From NCBI RefSeq assembly GCF_001194135.2, contig NC_068991.1:64181729-64245728 (forward strand): a stretch of DNA of 64,000 bases, read 5' to 3'. Both the position numbers and the translations under genes were made by a program. Under the pieces are notes generated by a model. The model was not told where the DNA came from. It saw only the letters and a program-made list of their open reading frames with translations, and searched no databases. The DNA is from Octopus bimaculoides. Its lineage: Eukaryota. Position 1 is the first letter of the stretch. The number at the start of each line of letters is the position of its first letter. Positions 36,877-49,009 of this stretch are shown piece by piece.

Positions 36877-36909
<33 letters not shown>

Positions 36910-37857
36910 NNNNNNNNNNNNNNNNNNNNNNNNNNNNNNNNNNNNNNNNNNNNNNNNNNNNNNNNNNNNNNNNNNNNNNNNNNNNNNNNNNNNNNNNNNN
37001 NNNNNNNNNNNNNNNNNNNNNNNNNNNNNNNNNNNNNNNNNNNNNNNNNNNNNNNNNNNNNNNNNNNNNNNNNNNNNNNNNNNNNNNNNNNNNNNNNNNN
37101 NNNNNNNNNNNNNNNNNNNNNNNNNNNNNNNNNNNNNNNNNNNNNNNNNNNNNNNNNNNNNNNNNNNNNNNNNNNNNNNNNNNNNNNNNNNNNNNNNNNN
37201 NNNNNNNNNNNNNNNNNNNNNNNNNNNNNNNNNNNNNNNNNNNNNNNNNNNNNNNNNNNNNNNNNNNNNNNNNNNNNNNNNNNNNNNNNNNNNNNNNNNN
37301 NNNNNNNNNNNNNNNNNNNNNNNNNNNNNNNNNNNNNNNNNNNNNNNNNNNNNNNNNNNNNNNNNNNNNNNNNNNNNNNNNNNNNNNNNNNNNATATATA
37401 TATATATATACGTACTCGCAATAATTGTATGCGTATGTACCTGTTTGTTTATATATGTAAGAAAAATCCTGTTTCTGCTTAAGCTGAGTGTGTCTGAGAA
37501 ATGTATATCTGCGTGTTTTATGAAATGTCTATGTGTAAAATTTATATAATGTCTTTGTGTGTGTCGTTATCTGTTACTTTCACTTTCTTTTTGCTTCCAT
37601 TTTATTTGGCTCATATCAAACAGAACACAACTTGATTCTGTTTTATGAACGATTTTCTTTTTACAGCATTTGCTATTTCTCTTATTCATTTATTTTCATC
37701 ATCTTCTTTTGTATGTCGTAATATTTGCTTGAAGATTCGAAAGCAAAATTTATATAGGGCATCAATTTGCATTTCATCTCATCGCCAATTTCTACCAAGG
37801 GAATGACTTTCAAAGTATCTCCACGGAAAATTTCAAGCTTACACAACACACACACAC

Positions 37858-37897
<40 letters not shown>

Positions 37898-37898
37898 A

Positions 37899-37963
<65 letters not shown>

Positions 37964-38914
37964 AAACACACACACACACACACACACTCTCGCACGCACG
38001 CAAACGCACAAGCACTAACACAAACATACTCAAACAAACATGAATGTACAGCTCGAGTTCCACTGTCGTTTATTTATTCTTCATTAAAATTTTTATATAT
38101 CACCGCACCAGCATGTGCACTCAGACACACACTCACACACGCACACACACTCACCGGCAGACATACACACATAAACGTTTATTTATGCAGCATAAAACAT
38201 ATTATATGTGTAACTTATAACATATATATTTGTGAGTGTATGTATGAGTGTGAATGTGTGTGTGTATTTACGTACGTATATCTGAGTGTTTGTATGAGTG
38301 TGTGTTTACTCACACATACACATGCATACTATCTATGTTTTGATTTAGATGTGCGTTTGTGCAATTTTGTTTAATATGGAGAATTCTTTACGTTATGTAT
38401 TAAATTATTATTACGTCACTAGAAACATATATAATCTTATACTTTGGCATTTCAGGTTGCCTGCAGAAATACGTTCGTAGAGAAGAAAGTAAAACGAGTA
38501 AATCACTTTAAGTAACAGTTTATTTTACATAATAATGAATCTTATACATAATGATGGTAGCATTGTTGATCAGTGGCTACCTCGAATAGTTATGTACACA
38601 CTGACCAATTTCTTGAAAGGTAATCCAACTACCACGGCTCGAATATGTCTATTTACGGTCAAGTGCATACTTCGGGAAAAATTTTATGAAAGCGAACAAG
38701 AAAAAGAAAGAAGGGTATAGATTTTTAAAAAAGTAAAAAGAATATATACAAATATATATTGAGGAAGCATTCGTTTGCCAAAATTAATTTTTCTTTCGAA
38801 CATATCCAAGCTGATTACGATTTTGAAGAAAATCCTCCACAGATGAAGTTATCGTTCACCTAACCTCAACCCATGGGAGATGTTTGTCCATGGTTGCTCG
38901 CCTTGCAAATAAAC

Positions 38915-39348
38915 TTTTCAATAAGCACATGACCTGAAATTGTGGGGAGAGGTTAATCGATTTCATCGACTGCAACACTTGATTGGTATTTACTTTATCG
39001 ATCCCAAAAGGATGAACAACAAAGTTGACCTCAGCATGACTTGATCTGAGAATGTAAAACCAGAGGAAATGCCATTAAGTATTTTGCCCAAAGGGCTAAT
39101 GGTTTTACCCTCTCGCCACCTTCAACCTGCAAATAATCGTTTCTGCTATGGGCACAAGGCTTGGAATTTGTGGGCAGGGGTCTAGTCGATTACATCAACC
39201 CCAGTGCTTGACTGGTTCTTATTTTATCGCCCCTGAATTGATGAATAAATAAGTCGATCTCAGCAGCCTTGAACTTAGAACGTAATACCTGAAGAAACGC
39301 CGCTGGGCATTATATCCGACGGGCTAATGATCCTGCGAAGACGCCTTA
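38915..39348 (-). mobile_element. Tandem pair of SINE family B copies (38915-39122; 39138-39348)
   Basis: Each has the reverse-complement tail (gcacaaggc/gcacatgacctgaaatt), core (ctggt..ttattttatcga.ccc....ggatgaa...caaagt.gacctc) and head. Flanked by repeated 'cctgca(a/g)ataa'. Confidence 0.8.
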
Positions 39349-39366
39349 AACCTGCAGATAATAACA

Positions 39367-39524
39367 GACTAATTCCTTGATATGAGATCACCATGTTGCG
39401 CACATATGGTTGTGATGCACGTGCCTGGTGTATCCTTATCAGCTGGGTAGTCATGATGGGTATCCTGGGCTTCGTATATTTTACCCCAGTGCCACTTTGA
39501 TGGCATGTACTGCTCTCTCACTCG

Positions 39525-39607
<83 letters not shown>
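39367..39607 (+). mobile_element. 3' end of a retroelement with an (AAT)n tail
   Basis: Non-repetitive '...ttaccccagtgccactttgatggcatgtactgctctctcactc' runs directly into about 28 perfect AAT units (39525-39607), the arrangement of a non-LTR 3' tail. Family assignment is from memory only. Confidence 0.5.
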
Positions 39608-39850
39608 CTTTACGACCTGCACCAAGAAGGCTTCTGTAGGTAAGGGGAAGGTTTGAAGGCAATATCAAGACTTTGACAAGAAAAGCCATAACATGGACAA
39701 TACTTCAAACGACCTGGGGTGGCTGATGTAGATATATGAAGAACACATCAGTGGCGGCAGAGTGTTTGTTTGAAAGCCGAAACAGAAAGATTCATTCTAG
39801 CCGCACAAGACCAGCGTCTCCTCATCCGGAACTATGAAGTTATTATTTCA
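39608..39850 (+). mobile_element. R4/Dong-like LINE fragment (RT-to-zinc-knuckle linker)
   Basis: Translates 'LKAETERFILAAQDQRLLIRNY' (cf. LK.ETEG.I.AAQDQ.L.TRNY). Starts immediately after the (TAA)n array. Confidence 0.75.
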
Positions 39851-39916
39851 TATACTCACAACAGATTAAACTGTTGGAGAAGAAAGAATTCTTACATCAT
39901 GCTACAACAAAAAATC

Positions 39917-40593
39917 TTAGATGCCATAAACCTTCCTAAGTATCGTAGCTACCTCTAAAAACACTTTTCTGGAGCTGCATGCAATTTTCTCTATCCATCT
40001 GATCAAATCTTTAGGAATAGTTCCTAGTGCACCTATAACTGCAGGGATACATTTTACCTGCACTTTCCATGGTTTCTGTAACTCAATTCCTTGGTCATAG
40101 TACATTACTATTTTCTCTATAAATCTCACACTGACGTTCTCGTCATTTGGAACGGTAAAGTCAATTACGTGGCATTTTCTTTTTTCTTTATCCGCTATTA
40201 CTAAACAAAGCCTGTTAGCTTCTATTATTCTGTCAGTCTGGATGTTAAAATCCCACAAGCTCTTGTATGTCTTAATTTCTAGCACTTTACTAAATTTATT
40301 ATCATACCATTTATCAGTATGGTCAAATCCTAGCTTTCTATATAACTCCCAGTAGGTTACTCTCCTTAGTTTTTCATGTCTTTTCTGGTATTGTTTCTGT
40401 GCTAGCGTGCTATATTCACTTACTATATGAGTAACGCTTTCCTCTTTTGATTTACTTATCCTACATTGGGATACACCTATTTTTAGTCTCTCTTGGCCTT
40501 TATCCACTCAGTCCTCAATGCTTGATCTTTAGCTGCTACTAACAAATTTTCTCGTTTTCAGCCTTCCTTTCTGCAGCCATCACCATGGCTCAC
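39917..40593 (-). pseudogene. R4/Dong-like LINE C-terminal region: zinc knuckle plus restriction-like endonuclease
   Basis: A 196-aa open frame 'CRISKSKEESVTHIVSEYSTLAQKQYQKRHE...LWDFNIQTDRIIEANRLCLVIADKEKRKCHVIDFTVP...EKIVMY...IPAVIGALGTIPK'. Upstream 'WLQKGRLK..VAAKDQALRTEWIKAK'. The knuckle (C to Y) and RPD motif (RLC) are degenerate. Confidence 0.9.
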
Positions 40594-40641
<48 letters not shown>

Positions 40642-40663
40642 CATTATTATTATTATTATTATT

Positions 40664-40794
40664 GAAGACGTCTAATATTGTGATGTTGTGGAAAGAAGAT
40701 ATTTGCGTATACTGTGAATTTGTGTTGTCTGTCAACTCCCAAGGATCTCAGAGAGGAAGCACTTTAAGCAGTATGCGTGCATTTCCAGTTGTTA

Positions 40795-40795
<1 letters not shown>
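40664..40795 (-). mobile_element. Very short 5'-truncated R4/Dong-like copy between two (TAA)n arrays
   Basis: Minus strand reads 'TGNARILLKVLPL*' (cf. LGTARILRKVL) plus an ~85-nt 3' UTR. Bounded by (TTA)n at 40594-40663 and 40796-40842. Confidence 0.7.
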
Positions 40796-40840
<45 letters not shown>

Positions 40841-41164
40841 CATCTTCATTTGTCTCTGCTGCATGTATTGTATTGTCTGTTGCTTGGAGGTTGTTCTAAT
40901 ATATTTAGTGGTGTCAAACAAACAAAATATTCCAGCAAAATGTCCCTGCAGAGCCGAACAAAGATTTTTATGCCAACAGCATGTTTACATGTCTTTGTTC
41001 TCCGTTACTTCGTGTTTTTTTTTTTTGCTATTGTATATTGCGTAGTGTATTGACAGCTTTTTTTACTGTAATATAAATAATTGATGATACCTTCAAGTAC
41101 TAATTTTTGTACGTAACACATTCTTCTGTTTGCTGTTTTCTCGTACGTGTTTTTTTTTGCGCAA

Positions 41165-41192
41165 CAGTAGTAATGGTTATGATGGTGATAAC

Positions 41193-41291
<99 letters not shown>

Positions 41292-41315
41292 AAGAAGAAG
41301 AAGAAGAAGAAGAAG
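41165..41315. repeat. (AAT)n followed by (AAG)n
   Basis: Read directly from the sequence. Confidence 0.95.
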
Positions 41316-42632
41316 AGCAACGATACCACAAAAACGAGCAGCAATTATTATTCTTGTTGTTGTCTTTGTGCTTTTGATGTGATTTACTTTGGCTCGTAAA
41401 AGGTGAGTTATTTTTGTTAGAAATGCCTTGTCTGGTTTGATTTTTCGTACGATTTTTCAATATGGGCTTTTCCTCTTTTTGTGTGAAGTGGGAGACAGGA
41501 AATGTGGGTCCTAAGATACCGCTTTCTTAGAGCAAGGAATTCACCATGTTATAAACTTTAATATTTAAAATCCTGGCAACATCGGAGGACACACACACTG
41601 CACTGTATGAGTTGGTGGGATTCAAAAAAGATTTCTGTGACTACGAATCTGAATAGCTGTGGTTCTTTTTTTTACCTCACGTCTACATCTTGACTACCAC
41701 ATATAGCAGTTACGGAAAACCAGGAGACTACAGGAAGAGAAACAACGACGGCACTAATAACAACAGCAACAATTGTTACAACAACAACTATAATGAACAC
41801 AACAACATCAGCAACAACAACAAAACACCAGTAGCAATAACAAGAATAGCGACGGAAGATACAAGAACAGCAGCAACAACAGCAACACGAACAATAAGGA
41901 CAACGGCAAAGTATGTCGTGAGGACGACTCCACAGGCAGGCAATACTTTGCAGCGATGGCGGAAAAATCAACAAAATACTTCCCGATTTCCCTAAATGAA
42001 AGCGATGCCATCTGACACAAGCGTTAGAAATTGTGAAAGTAAATGAGAGAACAGTTCAAACTATAATCACAGAACAATGCTTCGTCAACAAGAGTACTGT
42101 ATCGCTGTGTGTTGGCAAAACAAAAGCAAAAACAAAATGAAAATGAAACCAAAAAAAAAGCATAGTAACAGCAGCACTCACCAAGTGGAACGATCCCTCA
42201 AAAATATATGTGCAAATATAGACCATGTGTCTTGGGCGAGACAATTTGGAGGCGAAAAGGTGGGTCCTCTTCAAAAGCGAAAACGTCACGTTAAAATACG
42301 CCATAGTTTTCATACGTGAAAGGTGACTCACCCTCTACCTAACTTATTTAGATAGAAGGATCTATCGTATTAAGTTGATGTTTTACTTGTGTCTGAAATC
42401 TGTGGGCCTGTGTTGTCTTGAAAGTAAGCAACACACTCCTTGACATAAAACAAACGGAGAGAGAGAGAGTTTTTGCTTAGAAACACACTAGATATCTTTC
42501 CCCAGATCAAACCAGAAAATGTGGAGCGAATCAAGTTTTTTGTCCACCTACTGGGATCACATTAGTGTTCCTCATTATTCCCCCCCTCCTTTCAAAGAGG
42601 CGTTCCCGAGTTATTTCTATTGTTCATGTTTT

Positions 42633-42656
42633 CGTCGTTGTCGTCGTCATCGTCGT

Positions 42657-42693
<37 letters not shown>

Positions 42694-42728
42694 GTCGTCG
42701 TCGTCGTCGACATCGTCGTCATCATCAC

Positions 42729-42784
<56 letters not shown>

Positions 42785-42798
42785 ACAACAACAACAAC
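42633..42798. repeat. Compound trinucleotide array GTC/GCC/GTC/ATC/AAC
   Basis: Read directly; includes (GCC)8 at 42670-42693. Confidence 0.95.
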
Positions 42799-43189
42799 AT
42801 CTTCATTAGCGTCATTATGTTAATAACATCATCATAACTATTGTAAAATGTATATATAACGCTACAAGCTGGAATTGATGTTGGAGATGAAACTGAAGAA
42901 AAATCCATCGTCAAAGGAATCGACTCATGAAAGATGTTATCCTCGTATTGGCCTTATGACTCTCACTCATTTTCAATACACACATTAAAAGAAAATATTA
43001 ATTTTTGTTTCTTCTCATACTATTATATATGTAAGCACCACATGAAGTCCTTTTCACTTAATAATGAAAAATACAATCATAACAAGATTGCTTTACCATT
43101 ATTGTATCCCTTTCATCTTGTATTTTTATTCAAAGTCAATAAGTTGGCTTTCTTCTGGCGATGTGTAGAGATCGTTTCTCTCATTACAG

Positions 43190-43306
43190 TTGAAAACGAG
43201 ACTATGAATAAGGAGCTTCAAGATCGCCTTCATGGTATACACACCAGGCTTCTTATGACGGTTCAAAACGCATTGCAGTATGTCTACAAAATCGAAAAGA
43301 TTTATT
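43190..43306 (+). CDS. Candidate 117-nt phase-1/phase-1 exon (hypothetical)
   Basis: Strong acceptor 'tttctctcattacag|' and donor 'T|GTAAGA'. Open frame ENETMNKELQDRLHGIHTRLLMTVQNALQYVYKIEKIY with helical, protein-like composition. No homology recognised. Confidence 0.3.
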
Positions 43307-43315
43307 GTAAGATTC

Positions 43316-43561
43316 CACCTATGGTTCAGGGTTCAATCCCACTGCGTGGCGCGTTGGGCAAGTGTCTTCTACTATAGCCTCGGACCGACCAAAGCCTTGT
43401 AAGTGGATTTGGTATACGGAAACTGAAAGAAGCCCATTGTATGTATNNNNNNNNNNNNNNNNNNNNNNNNNNNNNNNNNNNNNNNNNNNNNNNNNNNNNN
43501 NNNNNNNNNNNNNNNNNNNNNNNNNNNNNNNNNNNNNNNNNNNNNNNNNNNNNNNNNNNNN

Positions 43562-43607
<46 letters not shown>

Positions 43608-43610
43608 CTG

Positions 43611-43641
<31 letters not shown>

Positions 43642-43862
43642 TTGTGTGTCTGTGTTTGTCCGCTCAACATCGCTTGACAACCGATGCTGGTTTGTTTGCG
43701 TCCCCGTAACATAGCGGTTCGGCAAAAAGAGACCGATAGAATAAGTACTAGGAGTACAAAGAATAAGTCCTGGGGTCAATTTGCTCGACTAAAGGCGGTG
43801 CTCCAGCATGGCTGCAGTCAAATGACTAAAACAAGTAAAAGAGTAAAAGAGTAAAAGAGTAT
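43316..43862 (+). mobile_element. SINE family A (head truncated) with internal microsatellite and N-gap
   Basis: 'gggttcaatcccactgcgtggc...gaaactgaaagaagccc', internal (TA)n/(TG)n, and tail ending in (gagtaaaa)x3. Confidence 0.92.
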
Positions 43863-43879
43863 CTTTACTATTGCTGCTC

Positions 43880-44060
43880 AAAGGAAGATAAGCCTTACTG
43901 CCCATTGCTATTGTGCTGAATAGCAGAACCATATCAGATGCTATATTTTGAAAAATTCTGCAGAGTAACAGCGGGCGAAAACCACTGAGCTATATTGATG
44001 ATATTGGTAGAAATACAAAACGTGAACTCGTGGACCTATAAAAGCAAGTAAGGGACAGAG
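43880..44060 (+). mobile_element. RTE-like LINE extreme 3' fragment
   Basis: 'AHCYCAE...SGRKPLSYIDDIGRNTKRELVDL*KQVRDRES' (cf. AGHC..A....GRP..TYID....DT....DL...M.DR..W). Confidence 0.5.
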
Positions 44061-44129
44061 AGTCCTGATTTAGTGAAACGCTTTTTGGTTGAGACCGTTT
44101 GAAGAAGATTTCTGTTGTACCATTTTTTG

Positions 44130-44470
44130 TATATGTATGTCAGAAGAGAAGAGGCTCTGTCCATGACGTTTGGTAACCTGCATCTGAGATCGATTATGTT
44201 CATGTTAAGCATGAGCTTGAATACCGAAACAGTTGACTCCTACTGGGGAAATGAAAACTGAGTGCCGACAGAATTCCAAAGAGTAGATGTTCTGTCTTGA
44301 AATATTCTTCGTGTAGTATTTAGTGGAACGCCTGTGACGTGAGACACCGTGGGGGCGATGCTAGAACCCATGGGTGAGCTGGGTAAGCCGGGTTGTTCAA
44401 AGAGCGCAGACCGTCCTATAAGCCACAAAGAGACGATATACGTGTGTGCGTTGTAGTGACCTCGTGTTGT
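44130..44470 (-). mobile_element. CR1/L2-group LINE 3' end, degenerate
   Basis: Minus-strand 'IFQDRTSTLWNSVGTQFSFP...VFK' (cf. FF.RT..LWNSLP...FP......FK). Confidence 0.5.
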
Positions 44471-44549
44471 CATTTTTGGTTTGAGTTTCTGCCCAAGTAC
44501 ACAACATCTACATCGCTTTATACTTATTTGAAACTATTATTTATAATGT

Positions 44550-44768
44550 AGGTTGGCGGTAAACTGGCAGAATCGTTAGTGCGCCGGTCGGAATGTTTAA
44601 CGGCATTTCGTCCATTTTTACGTTCTGAGCTGAAGTTCTGCAGGGGTCGACTTTGCCTTTCATCATTTCAGGGTTGATAAAATAAGTACCAGTTGAAAAC
44701 TAGGGGCGATTTAATTAACTTAGCCTCTCCTCCAAATCAGCTTGCATTGTGCTAAAATTTGAAACCAT
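44550..44768 (+). mobile_element. SINE family B, full-length
   Basis: Head 'ggcggtaaactggcagaatcgttagtgcgccgg', core 'gggtcgactttgcctttcatcatttcagggttgataaaataagtaccag', tail 'gtgctaaaatttgaaacc'. Confidence 0.9.
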
Positions 44769-45360
44769 TATTAATAATTTAAATAATGTTGTTATGTTAT
44801 GCTGCTATGTGTGTATGTATCTGTGATGTTATAATATACTTCTGTTATGTACTCCTATGCTGTGCACATATGTCTTTCTATATTACATCTATAAACATAT
44901 TTCTCTCCTGTAAAATATATTTTTGCTTTGTTATTGGATTCTATAACGTTCTTCTTTTTTTCTGACCGTATTATCTACGACTACCATTAGGCAGCTAATA
45001 TACATTCATAAGAGATTTTATTGTGTATTCATAGAATTTGCTTCTATTGTATTTTTAAAGCATATATTCCTATTGTGTAGTGAACGACTAAAGTCAAGAA
45101 AAAACTTGCGATAAAGCTAGCAAATGATGACGTATTAATTTCATACTGAAGTTATTTTAATTCAACTAGCTATCAATTGCTTTTGATAGAAGCATTAACA
45201 TTATAATTGCAAGTTATACGCCTTTAAAACACATTCATGTTTTCACCGAAATTATCCCTAATGTTTAACCCCTAATCAAAATATAACCCTGATATAGCAG
45301 TATAATTTCTTTGTATAATTGCTATCAGGAGCACATTATATGTTATTACTAGTAGAGTCA

Positions 45361-45660
45361 TAAGTTGGCAGAATCGTTTGCATCCCAGGAAAAAAGAGCT
45401 TATGCAGTATATTGTCTGTCCTCCCGTTCTGATTTCAAATTTTGCTGAAGTCGATTTTGAACTTCAGCCTTTCGGGGTCGAATAAATAAGTCAAGTACAT
45501 CGACTTACACTCCCGCAATTGATGGCCTTGTGACAAAATTTGAAGTCATTATTTGTAGATTCATAAATGCAGTGAGTTGGTCGCATTTTTACCGCATCGG
45601 GTAAAATACTTAGCAGCATTTCTGACAACTCTTTACGCTGAATTCAAGTATCAGAGAGGT
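45361..45660 (+). mobile_element. Tandem pair of SINE family B copies (45361-45549; 45565-45660 partial)
   Basis: Two heads ('gttggcagaatcg', 'gcagtgagttggtcgca...taaaatacttagcagcattt'). The first has the core and tail. Confidence 0.75.
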
Positions 45661-45687
45661 CCATTTTGCCTTTTGTGTGTGTGTGTG

Positions 45688-45718
<31 letters not shown>

Positions 45719-48164
45719 NNNNNNNNNNTATATATATATATATATATATATATGATATAATATAATATAAAGAGAGCGCGGAGGTATAAGATGAAAAAAA
45801 TTATTTCACCAATTGACATCCATACAACCATGATCTTTTATACACTCGTAATAAAATAATCATTACCAATTGGACTAACCGGATTTCAACTGCATCGGAC
45901 TATACATTACATCCTTTTGTTTTGTTTTCCTTACCATCTGGTTTGTAGCTTGATGTGTTAAACGAGCTTTTTTTTATGAGTACCACCGGATTAGGTAAAT
46001 CTATATATTGTCCATTAAATTTATGTGTGTGTATATACATATATATATTTAGTAGTTACAGGGCCACATACTATGTATTGTTTTAATGAATTCATAGAGA
46101 ATAAAGAGAATATATGGCCCTGGAAAGGAGCGGAAGAAAATATCACGGGGAGATTAAATGTTCCAACGCTGACTTCCTGTTAGATAAATCCTTATCATTT
46201 ATTGTACATAACATTGCGAGGCTTTCGAAATCCTATTAAGAAGTTTAGTACCACAACGGATCAATATAATGGTTTTATATTTCTCTGCCAATAGGATGTC
46301 TATTATATCGTTGTTTCGGCTCACCTTTGGGAGGTTTAACTCGTAGTAGCGAAAAGCTTACTTTACTGACTTGCATTTAAAACACTGAAAATAAACACAG
46401 GAATTTTGGCTTCCAGCAAGTACATAGAAGCATGCATTCACCTTTCTATACATCAATCTTCCTCTAAAAGCATAAATACATACAAAAGTACGTACATTTT
46501 TCCATACAAGCGTACATGCTTTAATGCATATATAAATAAAACATCCGTACATACACGAATACATACAAAGAAAGCAAAACAAAAGAAAAACAGCAGTAGG
46601 CCTAAGTGGATCCAACGAGATATTTATCAATCATTCTAATCCCTTTGCAGGCTTTACGATTTGCATACCAACAGAAATAGTATGATCTTTCAACCACAAC
46701 GTCTTTATCTAAAGTCTCTTGTTTAATTCTGGAACCTGAATCTAGTGTCGGATCTTACATGTATGCTTTGGTGCATCAGTCATGCGCGACCAATTTACGT
46801 GATTTTTGCCATTGTATTTACTTAAGTCAGTTAACTCAATCGATTATCATCATCATCATCGTCATCATCATCATCGTCATCATCATGATTGTTATTATTA
46901 TTATTATTATTGTTGCTGTTGCTGTTGTTATATACTCCTGATAACAAGCATCGTTAGAATTTGGTTGCTGTTGCTGAGCAGTGCTTCTGAAAGGGTTGAA
47001 AGAATTTAATATCTATTTTTATTAGCTTACTACTATTTTCTTTCGACTGCCTAGTTATCTGTCTTTCTTTATTTTAAACTATATAGATATTTGTACATGT
47101 GTATATGTTTACACACATATACATATGTTTGTCTATCTATCTATACATCTATCTATATATCTATCTATCTTTCTATCATCTATCTATCTATCTATCTATC
47201 TATTTATCTATTTATCAATATATATATATATATATACATATGTGTGTATATATGTGTATGTATGTGTATCAGTTCTTTACGCGCCTATGATAGCCTATGT
47301 GCATAAATGCACATACGAACACACGTACATATCTATATGTGTATTTTAATCTGCACTTGTGTGTAATCAGTCAGAGAAATAGGCCAGCTAGAGCGCCAGG
47401 GAGCCATAGAGAGATTTAAAATGTTATCACGTCTTGTTGAGCATTGTCAAGTAAAACTCACTGAATTACTTTAAATACATAATAATTGGATAGTGAAAAT
47501 TCAAGCGATCTTGTATGTTGTAAATACGGATAGCCTACAGAATTTATAAGCAATTGACGTCCTCTGAAACCATAAAGCAAACTGGGTATTACAACTACTA
47601 TTGCAATGTATGTTGTTGGCGTGCATGATTAACTCCGGATTTGCACGATGAAGCAGAACTGTGATCAAAGGTTTTCCAGACGCTTCTTCTTTCATTTGTA
47701 GACATGGTGTATCTAGGACTACAGTACCCACTGTATCACTACCGTTCACCGAAGACGGCATGGTGCGACATTCAATATATTAGGCTGTTCATTCGAGCAG
47801 ATAAAGAAAGACAAAAACATGTACGGCATTGTTATTAGAACGACGTATATTTGAGTTTATGTTTTAGGTAATGGGTAGGGACCTCAGTGAAAACTAAGGG
47901 TCGTGAATGTCCTAAATGACACGAGTCCCGTGCTTATGTGTATGAAATCCTCTCCCGGGTTATGCGTGCACAGTATAAGTAACGCATTACATTGTAAGAC
48001 AAAAAGTAAGAAGCAAATCCAGAATGGAAAACTTGAGGCAGTCTATTAGTTATTTTATCACTCTTCCAGCAGCGGTTCTCGCTAAAGCGCTTCCAAACCA
48101 TGGCTATGAGTTTAAAACACTTTTCTTCCACGTGGTTTCATGTTTAGTCTCACTGTACAGCACA

Positions 48165-48348
48165 TTGTGGATGTGATTCCTGCTATAGCTCCGGGCAAAC
48201 TAATACTCTGTGAGTGGATTTGGCCAAGTGTCTGCTAATATAGCCTCAGGCCGACCAAAGCTTTGTGAGTGGATCTGGTAGACGAAACTGGAAGAAGCCC
48301 GTCGTATATATGTATATATGTATATATGTATATATATNNNNNNNNNNN

Positions 48349-48395
<47 letters not shown>

Positions 48396-48620
48396 GTGTG
48401 TGTGTATGTGTGTGTGTGTGTGTGTGTGTTTGCGTCTGTGTTTGTCCCCCCGACATCGCTTGACAACCGATGCTGGTGTGTTTACGTCCCCGTAACTTAG
48501 CGATTCGGCAAAAGAGACTGATAGAATAAGTACTAGGCTTACAAAGAATAAGCTCTGGGGTCGATTTGCTCGACTAAAGGCGGTGCTCCAGTCAAAATGA
48601 CTGAAACAAGTAAAAGAGTA
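48165..48620 (+). mobile_element. SINE family A with an internal ~50-bp tandem duplication in the 5' half
   Basis: The block 'ctatagc..gg....ac.aa...(c)t.tgtgagtggat.tgg' occurs twice (about 48183-48223 and 48236-48280). Internal microsatellite with gap; canonical tail to 'aagtaaaagagta'. Confidence 0.85.
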
Positions 48621-49009
48621 TACCAATGGCCAAAACATATGACCATAGATTTATATATATATATATAACAGTTTTATGTAAGCTTTACTTACCATCAGTA
48701 AAATGTATGGGTGTGAGGCGGTTCTGGCTCCAATATGAAAATAGACAATTTTTTGGCTTTGGCTATTGGTATCGTTTAAAATGTGCCAATTAGCTTCATT
48801 ATAATTATTAGATATAGAAGTGGATATGAGTGTTCATTAAGCTGGTTTATGTTGTTTTTTTTTTTCATGCCAGATTTTGTTCGAATTTCCTTCTTTTACT
48901 TTTATTTTTGATTTCCGTAGATTTTAATTAACTTCGCCTGAAAACTCTACTCTCGCCTTCTTAATTAAAATAATGGTGTCTTACTTTGATAAGAGGCCAA
49001 CAGTTTAGG

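Noticed and set aside
37682-37845. Protein-like stretch LEIFRGDTLKVIPLVEIGDEMKCKL on the minus strand
   Set aside because: Preceded by a (GT)n tract rather than a proper acceptor; no motif recognised.
38451-38507. Acceptor 'ggcatttcag|' followed by short open frames (GCLQKYVRREESKTSKSL*)
   Set aside because: Short, with no homology or poly(A) support; indistinguishable from chance.
47501-47761. 86-aa minus-strand ORF (MPSSVNGSDTVG...) with accATG context
   Set aside because: No recognisable domain, no good splice donor and no supporting neighbours; may be a decayed TE. Cannot be supported without a database search.
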